DNA from: Chromera velia
Lineage: Eukaryota
Assembly: GCA_018398765.1 (NCBI GenBank)
Contig: JAHBMJ010000013.1
Location: 117,393 to 137,392 of the forward strand
Direction: 5' to 3'
Length of the DNA: 20,000 nucleotides
Numbering within the stretch: position 1 is the stretch's first letter; every line of letters begins with the position of its first letter. The notes beneath the pieces were generated by a model, which worked only from the letters and a program-made list of their open reading frames with translations, was not told the origin of the DNA and searched no databases. The position numbers and the translations under genes were made by a program. This document shows positions 1 to 10,259 of the stretch, in pieces.

Positions 1-3000
1 AAACGTCACACAGGACGCTCTCGGATGTTTTCCGGAAGTGGAAGGTCGGTATGAGGACAAGTCGGCTGAAACAGACATTAGAAACATCCTTGTCAGTGCA
101 AGCATCCCTTTTTTCAATTAGACGGCTGACAAAGGATGATTTTCCACTTGAGGATCATTTTTTTCTGCGCCTTTTCTTCTTGTTATCGCCACATACAAGT
201 CACATGGCCCGCCTTCTTGGCAGGGTTCTATTCCATTCTCATTTCATCCGTCTCTGATCCAAGTGCTTGTCCAAAATTTGCAGCAGTCTCTGGACCGGGA
301 GACGCCACGGAGACGGAGACGGCTTCGGAACAGATGCAGAACTCCGGCACGTCCTTCGTTGAGGTCCTCACTTTCGTCGGAGTTCCTGTGCTCCTCTCTG
401 TTCTCTTCGTTGCACTCTTCTGCTTTCGCATCCCCGTGTCTAAAGCGAAAACGAAGACCACACCAATGCCAGATGATACCCTTCAGTTACCAGCAGACGA
501 AAACAGAGACGCGCTCTCACCTCCCCCAGCGGCACCCGCGCTTGTCGCCCCAGAAGCCCAGGTAGAGGCCGCCCCCGACGTGGCGGAAGACGGAGCAGCA
601 GAAGAAGAAAACCGAGAGTGCAAAGCACAAGAGGGTGCCTTCGAACCCTCCGCCGTCCCTCTTTCCATCGTTGGCAAAGAAGACAACCCCCCCTCTCAAT
701 CGCTTCTCCTTGACAGCAGCCCCCTGATCTCAGAGATTGCACACTTCTTTCTGAAGGAAAGTGGAGAGGTCACTAGGGAAACGGCTGAACAGAATGAATC
801 AGCAGGCGAAGACAGTCAAGAAGAAGAACCCACAGGACAGCCTCTTCCCGAGATGGCACAGGAGAGAGTGCAGGAGGAGAACAGAACAGAGGAGACAGAA
901 GATGAGAACAGAGCGGAGGAGAGACAGGAGGCGGAGAACAGAGGAGAGAAGAAAGACGAAGCACCCGAGTCTGTTGGTCTCCTTGCTGAGAGAGCTTCCC
1001 GAAGATCGTTTTTCTTTCTTCGTTTGAAACTCTCGACCTCTCCAGACTCTCCCACTACTCCCTCTTCTACCGAAATCGTTCGCCCCCCCGCTACTCCCGC
1101 CGTGACGCCTGAAGTGCCGGCTTCAAAGTCTAGACGTTACTCTGTAAAGGCAAAGACAGGAAGAGGGCTGATTCTCCATCTAGATGAAATGCCAATCACA
1201 ACTTTGATGTCCTCTTTCCTCTGCTATGCGATCGGAGCAGCTCTCTTGTTCTTCTTCGGTGTATTTCCCGTCAATATCAACGTAGCAGTTGGTGGGACTC
1301 CTCTTCTGACGCCCCCTCTCCTCATTTTGAGCGGTATCACGGTCGTTTTGGTCGTCTGTCAGTGTGTCAGTCTCCTCTTCCCCCCGAGAAGTCGTGTGGC
1401 TTCCATCGCTGCATGGCTTGGCCTGTTATTGGCAGCTGGGTGCTTTGCGGTGTCTGCCTTTTTGTGGAAGGGAAACTTTAGCAGGGGACCAGAGGAAGCC
1501 TTGATCGGTTTCCTGGTCTCTGCTGCGGCTTACGCCTTTCTGTGCTATCCCGCCTTTGTCCGTCGGCAACTGCCCCGCGGCTTCTCTCACAGAGAGGCAC
1601 AGACGCTTCTCCGACTGCACAGGAAGAGCTCAAGTTGGAAGGGTGGAAAAGGAGAGGAAGAACACCTAAGAGAGAAATCTCAGTCAGTCGAGAAGAAAGG
1701 AGATGTCGAACTCTCAGAGCGCGGCATCGTCCGTCAGTCAGAAGAGCGCGCCAAGAGCTCGAGGGAGGCGGGAGAAGAGAGCGGGGGTGTGGCGGGAGAG
1801 GGAAAGGAGGTGTGTGCGACATCCGTAGACAAGAGTGGTGGGTCAAAGACAGAAAATACAACACAGACACAGACAAGCTCTGCCGTTATGCTTTCCACGC
1901 AGACGTTTGGCTTTTCCTCCTTGGCGTTTCATCCCTCTGATCACTCTGAGCTTCACGCTCTGTGGAAGCATCCGAAGAAGCAAAGAGGAGATCAAGAGTC
2001 TTGTAACAAGACAGCATCTGGGTGTGGGTGGAGGAGATGGTTCAACAGAAGGTGTGCAAATGCAGTTGGGGGCGCGATTGCCTTAATGGTTCGATGCTTC
2101 TGCACTTCTCTTTCCTGCTGCCGTCTGACCTTTGCCGCCTCTTCCCGTCTCGAGAGCGCCCGTCTGTTTTTGACAACCATGGTTGGCCTGTCCTTCCTCG
2201 CTCTGTCCTCCACAGTCTCTGTGGGTGCTGGGTTGATGTGGTGGTCCGTTCCCTCCACCACCGTCAAGTATCCCTCGGCAGACGTATGGGCATGGGGAAC
2301 GTGCAACACCGTGCTGAACGATGGAGGGGATCCATTCGAGTGTGCAATTCCTGGTATGACCTCTTCGCCTGTGTTTGTCAACGGCAGCACCCTTTTGGGT
2401 AAGCTGGGCCTGACATGGGCCTCCCGGGTGGACTTTGGGGGTTTTGTCCTTTTGGACATGCCGGCAGTCATCAGAGAGCCGCAGGAGGGGTGGACACGGG
2501 GCATGGTGCGGCCAGATGTTGAGGGGACAGACGCCTCAGAACCTCCTGAAGAGGTGAAGCGACATCTCCTTCTTCTTCCCGCAGAGGTTGAGAATCGTGA
2601 GCCTTCTCGAACATGCGATGAGTTGACTGTTGAGTATTTTGACTCTGACACTTTTCTGGAATTGAACAAAGAAATGTTTGACAGAGGATGTGGACGAGGT
2701 GACTTGTTCTCGAGACACGATTTTGTGCCTTCGTCCTGGTGTGTCAATGAGGGAGAAGAGGCTCTGAGCGATTTTGCCTGGAGAGGGAGAGACGCGCCTT
2801 CCTTGTTGGTGTGTCCGATGTCGACCAGAACCCCTGTGTATTGGTGGATCGTCCTCGGGCTCTCTCCGGTGATTCTCTTCAACGTGGTCTTCATGGAGGT
2901 CGGTTGGGAATCTTATTTCTCTGGGGAGCTAGGGGCACTTTCTAGCTGGTTTAGTGCATTTAAATGGTTCAATACATGCGGAAAGGAAGAGCTTGTAGAG

Positions 3001-3530
3001 AGAGATGTTCAGTTGGAACAGAGACAAACAAACCAAGAATCAATCACACAGCACAAGGAAGGGCCTGGTAATAAGTCTGCATGTGGTGCTCTGTTTTCCT
3101 CATTTCTTTCTTTCTTTTTCCCGTTTTCTTCAATTTTCTTTCTGCGCCCCTTTTTTTTGGGCTGTTTGTGTTTGTGCAGAGATCTCTGTTGACCCCTCAA
3201 TGGCCTAACGCGTCTCTTCTCTGGTCCTGTGCGGTTCTTCTGTGCGTTTTCTCTGAGGTTGCCATGGCTCTCTTCGGCCTCCGAGGGTATCTGAAGCAGC
3301 GAGAAGACGCCCTGTCGTTTTCGGTCGGGGGGGGCAGGGACGGTTCGAACGCCCCTGCTCTTGTGGGAATGTCTGTGGGCTCTCAGTGTGTGTTGATTCT
3401 CTGGAAGGTTGTGCGGTTGTGGGCCAGTGGAAGCTTTTTGAAACTCTGGAAGGCATGCAGGTCTGGAAGTTCCAGATGCCAGAGAGGTCAGGAGAGGGCA
3501 CAGGAGGGCGTAGTATGCGAAACAGCGTGA
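1..3530 (+). CDS. Hypothetical multi-pass membrane protein, 5' end probably outside window; proposed exons <1-44, 284-2898, 3180-3530
   Basis: ORF 136-3192 has many hydrophobic segments (VLTFVGVPVLLSVLFVALFCF; FLCYAIGAALLFFFGVF; LLILSGITVVLVVCQCVSLLF; IAAWLGLLLAAGCFAVSAFLW; LIGFLVSAAAYAFLCYPAFV; MVGLSFLALSSTVSVGAGLMWW; YWWIVLGLSPVILFNVVFME) separated by acidic disordered loops and a Cys-containing loop. Donor GAG|GTCGGT at 2899 (phase 0) joins the acceptor TTTGTGCAG|3180 after a polypyrimidine tract (phase 0), giving ...VVFME-RSLLTPQW... with two more hydrophobic segments and TGA ending at 3530. Donor AAG|GTCGGT at 45 and acceptor TTTGCAG|284 are phase-1 compatible with an open upstream frame (NVTQDALGCFPEVE). 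No family recognised. Confidence 0.75.
871..955 (+). repeat. Degenerate coding tandem repeat (ENR-x-E) x3 in acidic loop
   Basis: Translates QEENRTEETEDENRAEERQEAENRGEKKDE; DNA core GAGAACAGA occurs three times. Confidence 0.6.
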
Positions 3531-4149
3531 TGAAAGGAAGTTGGGCCTCGCGAAGGTTGCATGCTCTCGTGTACGTGTTGGAATGCAAAGGAGGATGAAG
3601 AATGCAATGAAAGGTATGCAGATGGGGGCATGCATGGAAGAGCGAGGGCACTGGTCGGCATCGGGACGCGAAAGTTCGAATCTAATGGTTATGGGATCCC
3701 TGTCTATTCATTCTTTGTCTCCTAGTCACCGTGTTGTGAGGGGCGCTGGGTGCATGCATGTACATGGTTTGTTGGTGACTGTCCAAAGAGATTTGCATGA
3801 GTGCATTCGTGAGTGGCTCACCTCCAGTGTGTGGAAAAATGAAGTCGATGTGTCAACGTGTTCTCCTTTTTGCTCCACTTTTGGACTGATGAATGGTTTT
3901 GTAATTCACATATGTAGGCTATATGCCCCAAAGCCTCAGTGACCTTTGTGAGTCGTCTCATTGACTTCTTTATGTCATGATTGTTGCATAGACTGGTCAA
4001 TAATGTGGCGTGGTGCATCAGAGTCCCCACTGTCCCATATCACTTCGTGATGGGGATTTCAAGGGGTCTTGTCTTTCAGTGGACATTAGTAGAAGTGATA
4101 TGTATCCGATTTACGTTTGGAGTCTCCTTTTAACCCGTCGTTGAACCCG

Positions 4150-4630
4150 AACAGTGTGACTTTGATGATAGCTTTCATGAATCTTTGAAAGCATGATTAC
4201 TTTAAAACGTGCGCGAGTTTCAATTGGAATTTAGAAAATTAGATTTCGAAATTCCAATCAATCAATCAATTGAAAATCCAAATTTCTAATTAATTGGATT
4301 TTAGATTAAAATTAAAGTCTATACTATTAAGCTATTTAGTATTTTATTAAAGGTAAAAAAAATCTAGATGTCCTAACCATAACTATAAAATGGTCACCTT
4401 TATTTTCGTTGTCGTCTCAAGTTTTTTTCTATCTCATGATCAGTGCCTGTCGCTGCAGTGGTGCGTGACTGCCAGACCTCTAGTAGCATAGTATTGATAT
4501 AGTTAAGGCGCCTCTTATTTGATACATTGAACAATCGACCGTAAGATTAACATGGCAATCAACGTCACAACCAGCATCACAAACAGGGCCGTCAAAAGAT
4601 CACATCATACAGAAAAAAAATAGAAAAAAA
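4150..4630. other. AT-rich intergenic island 1 with (TCAA)n and short inverted repeats
   Basis: Abrupt drop in GC; CAATCAATCAATCAAT at ~4255-4270; inverted repeats ATTGGAATTT 4223-4232 / AAATTCCAAT 4249-4258 and AAAATCCAA 4273-4281 / TTGGATTTT 4294-4302. Boundaries approximate. Confidence 0.7.
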
Positions 4631-5432
4631 CTAAATCACACACAGTCCTACCGCGAAGGACGTTTGCACAGCAGCCATGCATTCCAGCAGACGGCTTGAT
4701 TCAGTCATGCTCAAAGAGTTGGTCGCCCCCAAGCCATCCCCAGCCCCGACGCCTCTTTCTTTCGTCTTTCCCATGTCCACAGCTTCCCCTCGCGGAGAAC
4801 AAGCCCAGTCGACAAATTCCACGAACCCTCGTCATCCCGCTGTACTGACAGTGGCTGTCTGTGGGTTGACATGCAGGTCTACAGGGAAGAGGGGGGGACC
4901 TGCCTTTGCGGGTCCGCTGGCGGTGTCCGTCTTCTTCACCGACTGTGGCGGCCAGCAATCGGTAACTCAAATATTGGTTGACCCACCCCCCCCCTTTCGG
5001 CTTTACAATCATTCGGACCGGAGCTCTTCCCTCTGCATTTTCTCTGAATCATCGAAGGCATGCACATGACCGATCGAGACAGAGAAGAGTTAGGAGTCTC
5101 AGGCTGAAGAGAAGGAAGACCGAGGGAGTTTAGGGACACGAACAGACTCATACGGTCTGCGGGAAACGAATCGCTTTGATCATCGGAATGCAAACGAAGC
5201 ATTGCACGGTCCTAGCAGAAAGGGGAGGAAACAAGTTTCCAAGAAGGCGAATTCCTGCATAAGACCGGGAGGGAATTTGACTTGTCCCTTCAACGCTGCT
5301 CACGCAGGGTGAGCGGTGACAAGACATGTTGCTTCTATTGAACGAAGGAGCGTGCAGACAAACGGAAAGAAAGCCCCAGCCCTGTTGGACTCTCAAAAGG
5401 CCGAGGAGTCTTCGTTCGTAGAGTGCCAGACT

Positions 5433-6606
5433 TCAAAAGGTAAGAACGGAGGAGGGAGCAAACTCGGCCTGTCCTGAAGGCTCATCAACTCCCCCCTGAA
5501 TTGGTGTGGTACCTCTCCTCTTCTCAATCGGCACACAGACAGATCCGGAAGACGCCTGCAGTGGCTCTTTCGCCTTTTCTGAGTTGTCGGCTTCTTCTGC
5601 TTTCTTCTCCCCCTCTACCTGCACCGACTGCTCTCGCCCTTTCGACACCGACTGACAACTCTTGGCTCCTTTGCCGACATCGACAGACGACTCTTGCGAG
5701 TCCCCGATGCTTTCCCCTGGGGGGTAGTCAGGGGAAGGTACAGAGAGGCGGACAGCTGCGGGTAAAGAAGTCTTGCTTCTCTGCGGCTTCTTTGACTCTC
5801 GGGGGGAGTCCTGTGGGGGAACTGGTGGTCCTGGTTCGGGTGCAGAGATACGGCGGGAATTCTGTGGGACTGCTGCCGGCGGTCCCGGTTCGGGGGTGCT
5901 TCTGGAGTTGGAGAACAAGTCTGCAGCCACTTCTGCAGCCGTTGTGAAGGAACGGGTGCTGAAATCAGCCACATCGGAACCCCAAGAAGAGAGGACAGTG
6001 ACAGCCCTTGTGGAGAGACTTGCGGGGGCAGGGGAAGGGGAAGAGGAGTGCGGCTGCTCCTCTGCGTCTGTGTGAATCCGCCTATTCTGGTGGGAATTCT
6101 GGTCGGGTGCTGCCGGTCTGGGTGCGGAGAACAGGAAGTCTGCAGCCACCGAGAAAGAGCGCGTACTGAAATCGGCGACCCGGGTGCCCATGCAGAAAGA
6201 GAGGAAAGTGACAGCCGTTGCGGTGTTGTTTGCGGGTGCAGGTGGAGAGGACTGCGGCTCCTCTGCGTTTGGTCGTACCCGCATGGAGGTCGCAGCCTCT
6301 GCAATCATCGGCTCTTTCTGACCCTCACCCTCCTCCTCACCGTCTCCTTCAGACAGACCACCCGCACAAAAAACGCGCTGCCTGAAGACGCCCCCCCCCC
6401 CNNNNNCTTTCTGTTCAGCTTCCTCGTCCAATGCAGAGGCCAGTTCAGACTCACGGAGAGTCCGCTTCTCCTGTGCCTTCCTCTCTGTCCAGGAGGGATT
6501 GCGCCTCTCCGCTTTGAAGTCCTCCGCCAGTTCCCTCAGGATATCGGTGTCGTCGGCTGCGGCGTCGATGTCCTCAACCGTCCATCTCTGAGTCTGACAG
6601 ACTTCC

Positions 6607-6644
<38 letters not shown>

Positions 6645-6657
6645 CGAGAGCCAGAGT

Positions 6658-6711
<54 letters not shown>

Positions 6712-8319
6712 GAGAGAGGATACAGATATTTACAGTAAACGTCGAAGGGATCAGTGACAGCTGGGAACCAATAACGGAGAACAAGACTCCCACCATATCC
6801 GTGCGTGATGCAGCAGGAGCAATCTGCAAACTCAGAGGCCCGATCGGTGGGCAGAGCACGCCGTCGGTGTTTGTGAGTGTCCGCGTGGGGAAAAGAAAGA
6901 AAAACCATGGGAAGCCACGCTGTCTCTGTCTCGAGTGAGTGACTCTGCATGCATGAATGTATGGACAGACCTGTCCGGGTTGTCGAAAGAGTCCAAATCC
7001 GGGAGCCGGGGATGACTGGAGGGATTCGAGGAGCGGCGACTTCGTGTTGGGGAGGTGGGGTCAAGCACGTCTCCTTCCTCTCCTTCTTTCTCTGCCTGCT
7101 TCTTTCTCCGGGGTGTTTGGGGGGGGGACTGGCAAATGGGAGTCGAGGGGGGAGGGGAGGAGACAGGGTCGCTGGCCATCTCTGAATTGGCCTCTCTCTC
7201 TGAAACGACTGTCGGCAGACGAGTGGGGACGGTCATCAGACGATCACCGTCGGGGGCGACTGGCCCGGAGCTGCCACTCCTTCGCTCATACACCACATTC
7301 GCCATTATTGCACTACCCTCACTGTAGGAGTACAGGCGTGTACTTTCTGTGTACAGCTGCGCAATTCGAAAGGATTCCTCTGGAGAGGCTGCTCTCATTA
7401 CCCAGGCGTGCAACACCATGTACGAGAGCGGGATGGCGTGACGCACAAGACTGCTCGATCTTGGGTACCTCCAGCTAGACCTCCAGTAGAAGGGAAAAGG
7501 GGTAGGCAGCCAGTAGAAGGGAAAAGGGGGAGGCAGCCAGTAGAAGGGAAAAGGGGTAGGCAGCCAGTAGAAGGGAAAAGGGGGAGGCAGCCAGTAGAAG
7601 GGAAAAGGGGGAGGCAGCCAGTAGAAGGGAAAAGGGGGAGGCAGCCAGTAGAAGGGAAAAGGGGGAGGCAGAAGACCCTCGGTGGTCAGCTCTCCAGGGA
7701 AATGCACACGAAGATCCTGAAGAAAGCCGTCATACTGATTTTCTAGGCAACCAAGCTTCTCAGCCGCAGCTGGGGAGAACGACCGCTTGTTGTCGCGACT
7801 GGCACTGTAGTCACTCGCATCCCCCACCGCCTCCCACCCCCAAGAACTGAACGCACCGGACTGCTGGCGCAACACCTCTCTGAATGCGCGGATGAGCCGC
7901 CAGCTGCAGCGGCTGTCCCAGAGGCCTGAGAGCGAAAAAGTTCTTAACAAGAAAACGTTCCCGTTCACCATCTCGATGGCCAGACGGGATCCACGTTTGT
8001 CGAAGCTGCCGTCGAGATTCCGACTGAAGCGCATCAGACGGACATCTCGGAATGGGATCCCGACCCTCGGCAACGTGACCGAAATCTGATGCCGGCGGTA
8101 ATAACGCATGATCTGGTACTGAGGACGGAGCAGGATCGAATAGGGACCCAGCCATAGGTCATACATTGGCGGCAAAATCTGCTGCTGCAACAGTGGGGGG
8201 CTCCACTGAGGCGACAGCATCAACCCTTCGGAGAAACCACCCACACAACGAGAGAATCCTGTCGCAAGCTCAAATCGGTCCGAGTCGGCCTCAATCTCCC
8301 TCCAGACGTCAGTATTCAT
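5433..8319 (-). CDS. Hypothetical ~840-aa protein; exons 8319-6971 and 6606-5433
   Basis: ORF 8319-6832 and ORF 7064-5433 are joined by intron 6970-6607: donor GACAG|GTCTGT (phase 2) and acceptor (GT)nGCAG| (phase 2) give ...DSFDNPDR-EVCQTQRWTVED.... The intron contains the (CT)n(GT)n microsatellite. The N-terminal part looks globular, followed by the LPPPFPFYW repeat and a Ser/Pro/Glu-rich disordered C-terminus. Frame across the N gap 6402-6406 is assumed; the start codon and possible extra 3' exons are unverified. Confidence 0.7.
6610..6720. repeat. Compound (CA)n/(GA)n microsatellite inside intron of minus-strand gene
   Basis: Directly visible; abuts the CAG acceptor at 6609-6607. Confidence 0.95.
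7483..7671 (-). repeat. 27-bp coding minisatellite x7 encoding LP(P/T)PFPFYW
   Basis: Plus-strand unit CCAGTAGAAGGGAAAAGGGG(G/T)AGGCAG, 7 exact-length copies starting 7483, 7510, 7537, 7564, 7591, 7618, 7645; copies 1 and 3 carry the T variant. Confidence 0.97.
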
Positions 8320-8949
8320 CTTGAAGAGAAACCGATATGTCTTGTCGCAAGAACAAAAGAAATGGATCTCCAGAAATTCTGTTCTTTGTTCACGCTCCCC
8401 CTGTTGTCAACGTTGATTGTCAGAAACTCTGGCACATTTTGATCGGCAAGAGATACAAAACGAGGTAGTGTTGCGGTGACTTGTTCAACGCAGCAGTGCA
8501 AATGATGCTATATACAGTGAGCAGATGTGTCTGTACATGTCTGTACATACGTGTTTCTGTCTGCCTGTCTTTAATTCTGTCTGGATCACTACAGTATCAT
8601 TGGCTTCGTGTCTCCATGTGTCTCCTCAAAGGCCCATGCACCCAGCTGACCCTGAGCTGGGCCCCGGCATGCCCAGAGACGCGCGGTGCGCATGCAAATC
8701 TTCGATCCTCAACTCCTTCGATCGATATCGAAAGATCCGGCCGCCCTGATGCGCCAAACTCCTTGCAGCCGTTCTCTACCCAATGAAGCTTTCAATTTGC
8801 AATTCAGGACACTCTGTTTCGTATCTAGAAATCCAGTTAGGTGGCTTCACTTCAAACCAAGCATCGGAAACAACCCAGGATTACCTCTCAAGGAGTTGTT
8901 TAGCGAACCAGTCTCCGCCGTCTCCCAATTTTCCTGTCTCTTAATCGTG

Positions 8950-10054
8950 ATGAAATCCTTTGCCATTTTCCTTGCCTCCTGCGGCCTCGCTGCTGCTCTG
9001 TCAGCAAATGATCTGAAAGGCCAGAACTCTATCTCCTGGCCGACCCCGAACGCCAACATCACCTGCTTTACTGGTAAGAAAATTTAGGAAGACCGATGCC
9101 GTCTCCTCTGTCGTGCCGTCTCCGCTGTCTCGGCTTCTCCATAACCTCACCCCTCGCTTGTGCTTATTCCCAACGTCCCTCAGGATCTACAGGCAGGGAG
9201 GCCGTGGTGGAGCACCTGAAGAGAGACCTGGAGATCTTCCTCAAAGGGAGCAACGAGTACAAAGGGCCCACGGCAAACGAACAGTACTCATACACCGTCG
9301 AGTCAGTCACTCTGTGCTTACCCGACCTCCCCCTCCTCCCTCTCCATGCTCCCTGTATCCTTCCACGCCTCCTCTCCCTTCTTTTCCTCAGAGACTGTTA
9401 TGATGTCTCCCTCCCCCCTTTCCCTTCCCCTTCCGACTGCAGGGCCGAAACCAACGGCAAGGTCATGTGTCCCTCCAAGATCTCCGTCAAGGACGGCAAG
9501 GCCACCGCCTCCCCCGCCAGCACCCCTGACAGCAGTACCCATTGTGAGAAGTCCACCCACCAGCCCGTCTCCCTTGACGACGCCTTCAGAGAGCTGCTCA
9601 TCGTTGCGGAGCTGCCGGGTACAGAGGCCATGTGCTGGGGGTCTCACATCGATCATGACAAGAAGGAGTATGTGGGCAACGCGTACTTCAAGCGGGTCAC
9701 ACCTACATCTTCAGAGGGACACGAGGAGAAGGACAAGAAGACCACCACGGTGTTCATGATCTTTGACAACTTGCAGAAGAGCGGGAAGAGAATGCTCAGA
9801 AGAGCAGGACAGACGGTCAGTGGGCGGTCGCTCGTCCGAATGCACACGAAGCAGCCCCCCACCCTAACCCTCACACACACATCCACACTCGCACACACGC
9901 TCTCGCACATGCACACTTCAGCTAAAGTGAACCGTGATCTCTCGCGCTTGTTTAGTTCCCCTCTCTCTGTGCGTGCGCTTCCACGGACAAGCGTGTATCC
10001 ACCTCTCCTCTCCACACTCGCGATTGATATGACTGCTTGGACTCTACAGACTTG

Positions 10055-10086
<32 letters not shown>

Positions 10087-10101
10087 TTCTCTCTCTTTCT
10101 T

Positions 10102-10132
<31 letters not shown>

Positions 10133-10167
10133 TTTTCTCTCTCTTTCTCTCTTTCTCTCTCTCTCTT

Positions 10168-10198
<31 letters not shown>

Positions 10199-10211
10199 CT
10201 TTCTCTTTCTT

Positions 10212-10259
<48 letters not shown>

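Noticed and set aside
1992..2894. 300-aa antisense ORF
   Set aside because: Shadow of the plus-strand coding exon; no independent protein features.
4631..5400. Additional gene or exons (short ORFs; minus-strand acceptor-like site at ~5104)
   Set aside because: I could not assemble a phase-consistent, protein-like model; may be the 3' UTR of the minus-strand gene.
7483..7671. CRISPR-like array
   Set aside because: Units are head-to-tail with no unique spacers, the context is eukaryotic and there are no cas genes; it is a coding minisatellite.
7408..7746. Plus-strand ORF with QPVEGKRGR repeats (also dibasic GKR)
   Set aside because: Antisense reading of the 27-bp repeat, with no signal peptide or exon structure; the minus-strand frame is open for over 1.3 kb and splices coherently.
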